Source: Candidatus Methanogaster sp. (lineage in GTDB: Archaea; Halobacteriota; Methanosarcinia; Methanosarcinales; Methanogasteraceae). Taken from it: DNA of 56,010 nucleotides. Made by a program: the position numbers and the translations under genes. The stretch is from contig PQXF01000009.1 of NCBI GenBank assembly GCA_003194445.1, positions 12,194 to 68,203 on the forward strand. Direction: 5' to 3'. A model generated the notes under the pieces. The model saw only the letters and a list, made by a program, of their open reading frames with translations. It ran no database searches and was not told where the DNA came from. Below are positions 1 to 7,852 of the stretch, one piece after another (the first letter of the stretch is position 1; the number at the start of each line of letters is the position of its first letter).

Positions 1-71
1 GACGGTATGTTGACAATATGCATGTCTGTTGCAATTATTCGATCCCCCTGTTTGGCTGCTGGTAGTCCCAT
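1..71 (-). CDS. PAAR-type spike tip protein of the eCIS, N-terminal fragment (runs off the window edge)
   Basis: Not in the ORF track. Minus-strand ATG at 71 reads MGLPAAKQGDRIIATDMHIVNIP, a PAAR-like N-terminus, 2 bp after the Gp5/VgrG stop. Confidence 0.8.
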   Translation of the reverse strand, partial: MGLPAAKQGDRIIATDMHIVNIP

Positions 72-73
72 GA

Positions 74-709
74 TTAGTTGATGTTTACTGTTGCCCCTTT
101 GATGTTCATAGTTCCGGATGCCTTCAGATCCATCCCGGTAGATGCTTCAACTTTTGCTGAAGTCGATGCTTTTACCTCGAAATCATTCGCATTTATGCTA
201 ATCTTCCCATTTGGTGCGGATATCTCGATATCTTTGTCTGATTTGAAAGAAAGCTTGTTACTCTTTGTATCGATGGTTATTGTATTGTTTCCGGTTTTGT
301 CCGCTATCTCGATTTTTTCCGTCCCTTCTGTGTCATCAATAGTTATCGTGTGCCCGCTCCTGGATTTGATCATTCGTATATTGTTCTTGCCGTCGCTGTT
401 TGTTTCGGGCGGTAAATCGACGCCATTCCACAGCGATCCTATGACATAGGGCATATTTACGTCGCCATGCTCAAAGACCACGAGTACCTCATCATCAACC
501 TCTGGCAGAATGAAGATCCCTCGTTCTTTGCCTGCCATCGGAGACGCAACTCTCGCCCACGCGGATTCGTCATCGGTGCTCAGCCAGGGAAATTTCACTT
601 TAACCCTTCCGATTCCATCGGGATCTTTATTATTTGTTACAATTCCTACAACAACGCCATGCACTACCGATACATCGTCCCTGTATTCTATGATATCCAG
701 TAAACTCAC
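74..709 (-). CDS. eCIS spike protein, Gp5/VgrG OB-fold plus beta-helix (baseplate assembly protein V family)
   Basis: GIVTNNKDPDGIGRVKVKFPW...WARVASPMAGKERG...PEVDDEVLVVFEHGD..PYVIGSLWN motif; SRSGH; repetitive beta-strand C-terminus. Confidence 0.93.
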   Translation of the reverse strand: MSLLDIIEYRDDVSVVHGVVVGIVTNNKDPDGIGRVKVKFPWLSTDDESAWARVASPMAGKERGIFILPEVDDEVLVVFEHGDVNMPYVIGSLWNGVDLPPETNSDGKNNIRMIKSRSGHTITIDDTEGTEKIEIADKTGNNTITIDTKSNKLSFKSDKDIEISAPNGKISINANDFEVKASTSAKVEASTGMDLKASGTMNIKGATVNIN

Positions 710-1758
710 ACGCCAGTCCTCCTGACATTAAATGACGTAGTATATCCGGTGTTATCGATCGTGTGGAATGTCGAAGTGATATAGTAGCTGCCACTGAATC
801 TGCCAAGCCCTACAAGCTCGACAGTCCTGCCAGCCCTGATTTCGGGGATACCGGTACATCGCCCACTCCCTGTTACGGATTTGACAATATGTGTATTATA
901 CGTGGCAATGGCAATCTTCTCCGCGTCGGTTGCATCCAGAAGGTACTCGTTTACAACGGCGGACGATGATTTACCAAATGCCGATTCGGTCAGCTCTGTG
1001 CCGGTCTTTTCAGCCGCCATCTTCGAGACCTCATCACCCTTACGTGCCGTCGCTGATATTGGTTCTTTCTTCATGAAATCCCATCCCTGTACCGTGATCT
1101 CAGTGCCTCTGTATCGGGCACTTAATTTAGCGGAAAATTCAATAAGATCGGCTTTGTATTCAAGGGCAATAGATGCCGAGTCTCCTTCTTTTCCCGGTCT
1201 GAAATATAACGTCCTGTCATCAACATATACCTCGTATCGGATGCGCCTCGCTCTTTCCAGTAAAAATCCAAGGTCGCTCTGGTTGTTCTGGTATATATGC
1301 GGATAGGTGATCCCGGTATTCGTCACATTCGCGGAAAGCCCCCAGTCGCCAGCGATCATGGATGCTATATCACTGTCCTTCATATCAGAAAACGTTCGTC
1401 TCTTTGTACCGAAACGAAGCCGGTGTAATCTATCATAACCTCTAACTTCGATAATCGACATATTTTCACCAAAGAAGGGCTCTACGGAAGTGATCTCGCC
1501 AACTATCATCAACACCTCATCGTCCATACCCATATACAATTTAACCTCCCTGCCCAGGCCGAACTGTTCAAGGTCTATAAATTTCAGGGTACCTTCTTTA
1601 AAATCGTAGATCGAGAGTTTGAGAACAAACATAGATGCCATGTTGATCTCTTCTTCGAACCGCACACTCTCAACGGCAGCCAGTGTATCATACGAAAGTT
1701 CGACGCCGTCGACCTCAATTTTGAAAGTCGGGACCGTTAAAAGTGTTTCTGCTGACAA
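706..1758 (-). CDS. eCIS baseplate hub protein (phage late control D / Gp27-like, VgrG N-terminal half)
   Basis: RGYDRLHRLR..KRRTF.DMKDSDIA, QNNQSDLGFLLERARRI, GIPEIRAG.TVEL.GLGRFSG.YY motifs; overlaps the spike gene. Confidence 0.9.
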   Translation of the reverse strand: MSAETLLTVPTFKIEVDGVELSYDTLAAVESVRFEEEINMASMFVLKLSIYDFKEGTLKFIDLEQFGLGREVKLYMGMDDEVLMIVGEITSVEPFFGENMSIIEVRGYDRLHRLRFGTKRRTFSDMKDSDIASMIAGDWGLSANVTNTGITYPHIYQNNQSDLGFLLERARRIRYEVYVDDRTLYFRPGKEGDSASIALEYKADLIEFSAKLSARYRGTEITVQGWDFMKKEPISATARKGDEVSKMAAEKTGTELTESAFGKSSSAVVNEYLLDATDAEKIAIATYNTHIVKSVTGSGRCTGIPEIRAGRTVELVGLGRFSGSYYITSTFHTIDNTGYTTSFNVRRTGV

Positions 1759-1770
1759 AAGTGTAGACTC

Positions 1771-2442
1771 CTAATCCGGTATTATTATAACTCTCCCGAT
1801 ATCCTCCGAACGCGGGAAATTGAGCGGGTCGGTTATATTGTTTGCCTCTGCAACCTCCCTCCACAATGCCGGGTCCTTCAGTTCTTTTGCTGCTATAATG
1901 TCCAGCCTATCCCCTTCTATGACCGTTCTGACCTTCCTGCACGCCTCGACACCTTTATACTCCAGTATATCCCTTGCGCCAAGGACGGGCTTCATAGTGA
2001 TGGTCACTTTTGCCCTGACCGGAGTACCATCTGACAGAAACATGACGAAGTTTGTATCCACTTTTTCTATAACGCATTTAAAATTGAATTTCCCCCAGCT
2101 GAATAGACACACTGGCGGTCGTCTACTGTCTTTACCAGCAGTAGACGGAATCCCGAGTTCGGTGATTCGTTTTGTTCCTGCAATCTTTTTAACCTTCCCT
2201 GCCTGTCTGACTTCATGATCCTCCCTGACATCAACGCCAGCTTCATAAGTGTCGAACCATAGATCTTTGATGGTTAAACTCTCAAAGTTTGATCCCCCGA
2301 AAGTAGGAATTATGCCACGGTCACCAGTCCATGTGACACTTAACTTGTGGTCATACTCTCTCGGATTAAACATGACCTCTATAGTCTTTTCTTCTATTTT
2401 TTTACCATCATCATCTAAAACGTATATTCTGGCTCGTTCCAT
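1771..2442 (-). CDS. eCIS tube initiator, CIS tube domain plus LysM (Afp7-like)
   Basis: VMFNPREY, FDTYE, PPVCLFSWG, F.SDGTPVRAKV; C-terminal LysM GDRLD.IA....DPALWR.VA.AN.I.DP. Confidence 0.9.
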   Translation of the reverse strand: MERARIYVLDDDGKKIEEKTIEVMFNPREYDHKLSVTWTGDRGIIPTFGGSNFESLTIKDLWFDTYEAGVDVREDHEVRQAGKVKKIAGTKRITELGIPSTAGKDSRRPPVCLFSWGKFNFKCVIEKVDTNFVMFLSDGTPVRAKVTITMKPVLGARDILEYKGVEACRKVRTVIEGDRLDIIAAKELKDPALWREVAEANNITDPLNFPRSEDIGRVIIIPD

Positions 2443-3600
2443 TTATCTAAACCCCCTGCGCTCTTTTTCGATCATAATTCTCTTCTCAATTATCCGGTAT
2501 ACTTCGTTTGCAATCACGTCGATTCCACCACTCGTTTTCTCAGAAATATCCTTATCAGAGATCTTTTCAGACAGCTCTGACGAAATGTCTTTCTTTATGG
2601 TCAACTCCTTTGTATGCTCCAAGTCGTCTTTTGCATCGACCATTGTAGACTTTCTAAGAACCAGATCAGGTGCTCCCGTGGCGGGCGCCTTTGTTAGGTT
2701 GATGTGTCTTTCAGGAAAATTCGTCATGGGAGGTGCATGCCCAGGCCGTCTTTGCATCACGGTCTCCGGAACACTACCCGGTGATTCGTGATGTGATAAC
2801 ACGCTATCCGGTCTCTGTTTTATCGTACGTTGGTACCCAATCTGTTTTCCAAGTATGGTATCTGCGAACGTTTCTGAAACTGCCATCTCCGGTTCACCGA
2901 AGTGTCCTGGTCTTTGCATCACGGTCTCCGGAACACTACCCGGTGATTCGTGATCTGATAACACGCTATCCGGTCTCTGTTTTATCGTACGTTGGTACCC
3001 AATCTGTTTTCCAAGTATGGTATCTGCGAACGTTCCTGAAACTGCCATCTCCGGTTCACCGAAGTGTCCTGGTCTTTGCATCACGGTCTCCGGAACACTA
3101 CCTGATGATTCGTGATCTGATAACGCGCTCTCCGCTCTATTTTTTATCGTACGTTGGTACCCAATCATCCGGTTCGTTTCGAAGAATTTCGTCCTTGTTA
3201 TCAGATGCGGTCGCGATATATTCTTCGTGAACAGAGCAGTGTTCTCAAACCCCGATTCCCTGTCACCTGATGTTTGTTCCGGCTGCGTGGTGGCATTTAA
3301 ATATTGGTGGGTGTATTTCATAAGGTACTTATTTATCACTCTTGTGATGTTGATGGTTGCCAGTATCCCCATACCCCCCGTACCTCCTGGTCTTAAGAAT
3401 ATCAGGTATGGCGTTTTACCTGATCTGATGCGAACCCCGTATTTGCGGGCAACCCCTTCGGAAAAGGATAGACCGGATGTCTTTATTTCCGAGATGCTTG
3501 AGGGTTTGCTTTGTAATATTCTGAAATTTCTATCCATGCAGTTTAGAGTATATCCGACGAACCGGGGTATCTTTTCAGTCCCATATTCGGGTGATGCCAT
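2443..3600 (-). CDS. eCIS-associated low-complexity protein with 54-aa internal repeats and Afp6-like C-terminus (possible tape-measure-like component)
   Basis: Lies between the tube and LysM genes; C-terminal IDVIANEVYRIIEKRIMIEKERRG helix typical of this eCIS slot; start codon uncertain. Confidence 0.6.
   Translation of the reverse strand: MASPEYGTEKIPRFVGYTLNCMDRNFRILQSKPSSISEIKTSGLSFSEGVARKYGVRIRSGKTPYLIFLRPGGTGGMGILATINITRVINKYLMKYTHQYLNATTQPEQTSGDRESGFENTALFTKNISRPHLITRTKFFETNRMIGYQRTIKNRAESALSDHESSGSVPETVMQRPGHFGEPEMAVSGTFADTILGKQIGYQRTIKQRPDSVLSDHESPGSVPETVMQRPGHFGEPEMAVSETFADTILGKQIGYQRTIKQRPDSVLSHHESPGSVPETVMQRRPGHAPPMTNFPERHINLTKAPATGAPDLVLRKSTMVDAKDDLEHTKELTIKKDISSELSEKISDKDISEKTSGGIDVIANEVYRIIEKRIMIEKERRGFR
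2748..3166. repeat. 162-bp tandem repeat, ~2.6 copies, in frame (54 aa)
   Basis: tttgcatcacggtctccggaacactacc recurs at 2751, 2913 and 3075. Confidence 0.95.
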
Positions 3601-4003
3601 GGTGTGTCAGCACTATGGTCTCGGTAGCAACGGTGTTACTCGATGCATTGAAAGCCGGACCGTCCCACTTAAATGGGTATGCTTCGGCAAAACCCCATGC
3701 ACCTACTATTACTCCCGACTGGTTGCGAAGATATATTGTGCCGTTTTTCCGGACGATCTTCCCGTGTATCACATCTTGATACCATTTCCATAAGACATCA
3801 GAGTCTGTAAGTCCGTGTTTCAATGTGATATCAGTATATTTCGTTCCCTTGGGAAGCTTATACACGATATCGTTAGCTCCACCTTCTGTTACGGTTTCCA
3901 CCTCTGTTTCGATGCTTATGCCCGAGACTTCGGTAAATCCTCCGGCTATGATCCCGTCTATTTCTATCAGGAAATTATAAACGGTATATGGATCCGATCT
4001 CAT
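3575..4003 (-). CDS. eCIS tail tube protein (T4 gp19-like, Afp5-like)
   Basis: DPY..YNF.IEIDG...GGFTEVSG, EGG.N....LP, ITLKHG, A.P.KW.GP.FNA..N.VA.E motifs. Confidence 0.93.
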   Translation of the reverse strand: MRSDPYTVYNFLIEIDGIIAGGFTEVSGISIETEVETVTEGGANDIVYKLPKGTKYTDITLKHGLTDSDVLWKWYQDVIHGKIVRKNGTIYLRNQSGVIVGAWGFAEAYPFKWDGPAFNASSNTVATETIVLTHHGITRIWD

Positions 4004-4006
4004 CGT

Positions 4007-4225
4007 TCACCAGTGTGTTCCAGTTCCATGTGACTGCCCCTCCTTCCGTATATCAAGGATGCTCTTTGTCTCATTTGAGTTAAGTTCCCGATTTATGCGG
4101 CTTATTTCTTCACACCATCGCTGACGCTCCCTGTGTTCCATATTCAGTATGGTTTCGTAGTCCCAGTGAAAGTAGTATGCTAAGAAGGCTACCTCCTCGT
4201 AAATCAGGTCGGAGGGGTAGCGCAC
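4007..4225 (-). CDS. DUF6760-type small eCIS protein (likely gpT-like frameshift extension of the upstream chaperone)
   Basis: YP.D.IYEEVAFLAYYFHW....IL.MEH.ER.RW..EIS.IN motif; GTG start overlaps the upstream TAG. Confidence 0.85.
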   Translation of the reverse strand: MRYPSDLIYEEVAFLAYYFHWDYETILNMEHRERQRWCEEISRINRELNSNETKSILDIRKEGQSHGTGTHW

Positions 4226-4590
4226 TACCCCCCCTGGCCGCCCACCTCAACCTCGAACACGTGTTCGCATTTCGGACAAACAGCATTTACCGTATCAGCA
4301 CCATTTTCGTTGATCCGGTGATAGAGGTCCTGTAGATAGGCCATGTCGGAGACAAATAGACTCTCGATGACCCTTGGATTAACTACAGAAAGGCTACCAA
4401 GCCTTGTCACTACCCTGGATAGTAGGATGATGCTGAGGTAAGCAGGATTTGTCTGTACTCGGGGATCCTTTAGCGGTAGTATCTCATCCGCCGCCGTAGC
4501 TAGGCGCATAGCCCCTTCTTTGTGCAGATTTCCCTCATCATCCACATATCCTTGTGGGAGGTTAAATTCAAACTCTGTCTGAAGGCTCAT
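4225..4590 (-). CDS. eCIS tail assembly chaperone-like protein (gpG-like)
   Basis: TEFEF.LP.GYVD..G.LH..G.MRLATA.DEI.PL.DPRV..NPAYL..ILLSRV...LF..D..YLQ..Y..IN; C-terminal CPKC; directly after the tube gene. Confidence 0.8.
   Translation of the reverse strand: MSLQTEFEFNLPQGYVDDEGNLHKEGAMRLATAADEILPLKDPRVQTNPAYLSIILLSRVVTRLGSLSVVNPRVIESLFVSDMAYLQDLYHRINENGADTVNAVCPKCEHVFEVEVGGQGG
4228..4234 (-). promoter_or_regulatory. Putative -1 ribosomal frameshift slippery heptamer G GGG GGG
   Basis: Minus strand CAG GGG GGG TAG TGC; a -1 shift gives GGG GGG GTA GTG CGC TAC, in frame with the DUF6760 ORF. Confidence 0.6.
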
Positions 4591-5024
4591 TGTGTCCTAT
4601 CCATCCCTTCGTGAGCTATTTCCAGTGTTTCTATGGCGACATCATTCCCCTTGGCACTGAGATCAGGGGTATCATACTTGATAGGCCATGCTTCCTTGAA
4701 TTCCCAGCGAGCTGCCGCGTTACCTTCTTCGTCCATAAGGACTATAGCTATATTCTTCCTGGAATCGCCCATCTTTCCCTGCATAACCAGTTTTCTCCAG
4801 TTGAACAGCTCCAGAGAGTCGGTAATTCCCCATTTCAGGGTCAAATTCCCGTACTTGGTTAATCCGGGAAGTTTACGGACCGTTGTATCTTCGTTTCCTT
4901 CCCTATACTCTACCGGATCAGTGCTGATATCCGGAATCGTGACATCACTGAATCCTGCCTGGGTGATTCCATCGATTTCAAGCAGAAATCTGGAATTTCT
5001 GTAGGGATCCTTTCTTTCTGACAT
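4587..5024 (-). CDS. eCIS major tail tube protein (gp19-like, Afp1-like)
   Basis: RKDPYRNSRFLLEIDG...AGFS, EYREGNE....RKLPGL.KY.N.TLKWG, AWP.KY..P.L.A.GNDVAIE.LE.AHEG. Confidence 0.95.
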   Translation of the reverse strand: MSERKDPYRNSRFLLEIDGITQAGFSDVTIPDISTDPVEYREGNEDTTVRKLPGLTKYGNLTLKWGITDSLELFNWRKLVMQGKMGDSRKNIAIVLMDEEGNAAARWEFKEAWPIKYDTPDLSAKGNDVAIETLEIAHEGMDRTQ

Positions 5025-5040
5025 ATTTATCCTCCTCTAA

Positions 5041-6588
5041 TTACTCCGTTGCTGCAGATCCACCTGCCCACTGCGCTATCCGGAATATGACGAATTCAGC
5101 AGGTTTCGTCGGTGCAATTCCGATCATAACGATGAGTCTACCGTTGTCTATATCGTCCTGGGTCATTGTGGTCCTGTCGCATTTGACGAAGAACGCCTCG
5201 TCCGGAGTTAATCCCATGAGGGCTCCGCTTCGCCATATCGTCGTTAAGAACTGAGTAATCGACTGTTTTACTCTGGCCCAGAGTTTCTCGTTGTTAGGCT
5301 CGAAAACAACCCACTGAGTGCCCTGATCGATGGATCCTTCCAGATACAGAAACAGCCGGCGTACATTCAGGTATTTCCAGAGAGGGTCACTTGATGTTGT
5401 TCTTGCACCCCAAACCCTAATTCCCCTGCCAGGAAAAGCACGGATGCAGTTTACCCCTTTCGGGTTTAATATGTCCTGCTCTGCTTTGGTAAGGCTGAAC
5501 TGTAATCCCTGAGCACCCCTGATAACTTCGTTTGCCGGAGCTTTGTGAACTCCCCGCTCAGTATCGCTTCGAGCATATATCCCTGCAATATGCCCACCTG
5601 GCGGAACCAGTTTCTTGTTGTTTGTGACCGGGTCGATCACCCTGATCCACGGGTAGTAAAACGCCGCGTACTTGGAATCATTCGGGGGAGCAAGATTAGC
5701 AATAGCTCCTGCGCTCTGTGCCGCCTGTAATACCGCAAATCGGTCCTTCATATTCTCGCAGTGTTCGACGAGGTAATCGGTCAAGTTATTCGAGGTCTCA
5801 TCAGGTACACACAGGATGCTGATATCGTCAATCTCCTTGAAAGCGGCAAGACCCGTCCTCTCACCAGGTGCTGCAGCTTCATCACCTTTGTAATCTGAGG
5901 AGGTGATATCGTTTCCGGAAGTTCCATTCCCAAGCAGTTTAATCTGGTTTTCAGGCGAGCCACCTACTACCATCTCGACTTTTATCAGATTGGACGTGTC
6001 GTTGATCCTCTTCTCATAGTAGTCACTGGATGCTTCGGTCGGGGATAGGTTATCATAGACTTCAACAATATCAGGGAGGCTATCCTTCTGGGCATCTACA
6101 ATGTCTTCTGCAGTAAGGCTTTCGTCTTCAGTGCCTACCATGCTCTTCCAGTACTTCGCGGTCAGTTTGAAAAGCTGGTTTTTCCCCTCCTTATAAAGGG
6201 TTGCAGGTTCCACAATCACTGCGATGTTATCGCCCCAGTCTCCGGGACCGATAGCAGTGATCTTTATCACATCCGCTTCGGAACCGTCCTCTTCCAGTGT
6301 CAAGTTGTTAGATGACGTTCTTGCATTTTTGCCTATGATGCGACCTACAAAGCAACGCTGTCCACCGTTGCTAAAGAAGCCATTCACCCCATAAGCAAGA
6401 TATGATCCCTCAACGAATCCACCAAACTTATTCTGAAAATCTCCGAAGTTCGTTACGAACTGTGGGCTGATTGGTCCACGTTCGGTAGGTCCAAGGAATC
6501 CTGCTGTGCTTGTGCTCACGCCTTCTATCGGTTTTGCTCCGATTTCTATTTCTTCTATGTATACTCCTGGTGCCAAATACTCTGGCAT
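5041..6588 (-). CDS. eCIS contractile tail sheath protein
   Basis: MPEYLAPGVYIEE, AAFYYPW, PPGGH.AG.YAR.D.ERGVHKAPANE, WGART, YLNVRRL, VFEPN, KPAEFVIFRI. Confidence 0.97.
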   Translation of the reverse strand: MPEYLAPGVYIEEIEIGAKPIEGVSTSTAGFLGPTERGPISPQFVTNFGDFQNKFGGFVEGSYLAYGVNGFFSNGGQRCFVGRIIGKNARTSSNNLTLEEDGSEADVIKITAIGPGDWGDNIAVIVEPATLYKEGKNQLFKLTAKYWKSMVGTEDESLTAEDIVDAQKDSLPDIVEVYDNLSPTEASSDYYEKRINDTSNLIKVEMVVGGSPENQIKLLGNGTSGNDITSSDYKGDEAAAPGERTGLAAFKEIDDISILCVPDETSNNLTDYLVEHCENMKDRFAVLQAAQSAGAIANLAPPNDSKYAAFYYPWIRVIDPVTNNKKLVPPGGHIAGIYARSDTERGVHKAPANEVIRGAQGLQFSLTKAEQDILNPKGVNCIRAFPGRGIRVWGARTTSSDPLWKYLNVRRLFLYLEGSIDQGTQWVVFEPNNEKLWARVKQSITQFLTTIWRSGALMGLTPDEAFFVKCDRTTMTQDDIDNGRLIVMIGIAPTKPAEFVIFRIAQWAGGSAATE

Positions 6589-6639
6589 CTACTCACCTCT
6601 TTCTGGTTCATTTGGGTCAATACCCGGCTCCCGATCTCA

Positions 6640-7287
6640 TCAGGGATAGGTAATTGAGAGTGATGTGATTTTTCCTTCCTCGACTACCACGGATTCTATT
6701 TTTTTTCGGTAATCCGGATGCGCAATTTCGAGGATTGGGTTTTCTCCGTTTATAATCACCAGTTTCTTTTCGTCAATCGTTGTGACATCGTAATTCCCCG
6801 AATCCCTAAAATAGATGACGAATTCCCCATTTCCATTTGTTTTTGTCCGGATGTCGCGCTCTTTTACCTGTATCTCCGCTTCAGGCACGCCTCTGCCATA
6901 GGGGTCCCATAATGAGCCCCTTATCAAAGTGGAAGATGGCGGGAACCGGTAAGACGGGGTTGGTTTCAGCGTGATCGATACGACAGGGTTTCGTGGATCC
7001 AGATCGGCAAGCTGTACCTCTGTCACAGTTTCATCGAAATAATACGTTGCGCCCCGCACCTGAACGGTATAACTACTGTCCGGCAGATCAAAGAAGATAT
7101 AATATCCGCCGATAGTTCTGACCGGGGCCATATTCCAATCCTTTAACGAAACCTCGAGATCATCGGCGATTCCCTTGTTGCTATACTCGTCAACGAGATA
7201 AACCGCCAGTGAAAGCTTTCGGGTGATGCCTTCGAGCAATATCTTTTCCGGATGCCTTAATCGCCCAACCCTCACAACAGGCATCAT
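6640..7287 (-). CDS. eCIS accessory protein with carboxypeptidase-regulatory-like (Ig-like) domains
   Basis: Beta-rich; L.PTPSY.FP...TLIRG...D..G..V..A....TN.NGEF..YF; sits between Pvc16 and sheath. Confidence 0.7.
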   Translation of the reverse strand: MMPVVRVGRLRHPEKILLEGITRKLSLAVYLVDEYSNKGIADDLEVSLKDWNMAPVRTIGGYYIFFDLPDSSYTVQVRGATYYFDETVTEVQLADLDPRNPVVSITLKPTPSYRFPPSSTLIRGSLWDPYGRGVPEAEIQVKERDIRTKTNGNGEFVIYFRDSGNYDVTTIDEKKLVIINGENPILEIAHPDYRKKIESVVVEEGKITSLSITYP

Positions 7288-7847
7288 TTGAACCTCCTCT
7301 CTAAAACCCGATCTGCTCTTGTCTCCCGATCGGATCCTATCTGCACAGGAGTCACCAAATAACAGATTGACGGTCTAAACGGAGTATCCTGAAAGGTGCT
7401 CCATATCTTGGTCATATCATCCAGGTTCAGAAGGGTCTGAGAGATGTGGAGCTCTTCGTTGTTTTCCGCGAGGCTTCCTCTCAAAACCGACCCCCTGAGG
7501 ATCGGGTTATCATGGAATATCCACAGTGCCTTGCCCAGTATGCTATGCGCCTCCTTGGTCTTCTCGGTCTTATCCTGGACCCCCGATGAGGGGTAAGATG
7601 TTAGTAAATACGATAAATCAAGGGTTAATGGCGGATATCTGAGTTTGGATGTGTTTACCAGTTCCATCTCTCGGTTCTTCAGGTGAGCGTTCTCAACAAC
7701 CCGGTATAAAAACAGGGACAATCGAACAGCATCCGTAGCTTCAACCTCTCCTGGTGATGTCAGCACTATCGAATCAGGGGGGATCATGTCCGCCATCCGC
7801 TCCTTTAATAGTTCTACCATAGTCACTCCGACATCTGCTATCGCCAT
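7284..7847 (-). CDS. eCIS cap/terminator protein Pvc16/Afp16 (DUF4255)
   Basis: MAIADVG.T...LL, LSLFLYRV.EN..L.N, PPL.LDL.YL.T, LG......HD.PIL, IWS.F...PFRPS..Y.V.PV; start taken at the MAIAD ATG. Confidence 0.9.
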   Translation of the reverse strand: MAIADVGVTMVELLKERMADMIPPDSIVLTSPGEVEATDAVRLSLFLYRVVENAHLKNREMELVNTSKLRYPPLTLDLSYLLTSYPSSGVQDKTEKTKEAHSILGKALWIFHDNPILRGSVLRGSLAENNEELHISQTLLNLDDMTKIWSTFQDTPFRPSICYLVTPVQIGSDRETRADRVLERRFK

Positions 7848-7852
7848 GTAAT

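Noticed and set aside
2748-3166. CRISPR array or DGR template
   Set aside because: Contiguous in-frame 162-bp tandem units without spacers; no reverse transcriptase in the window
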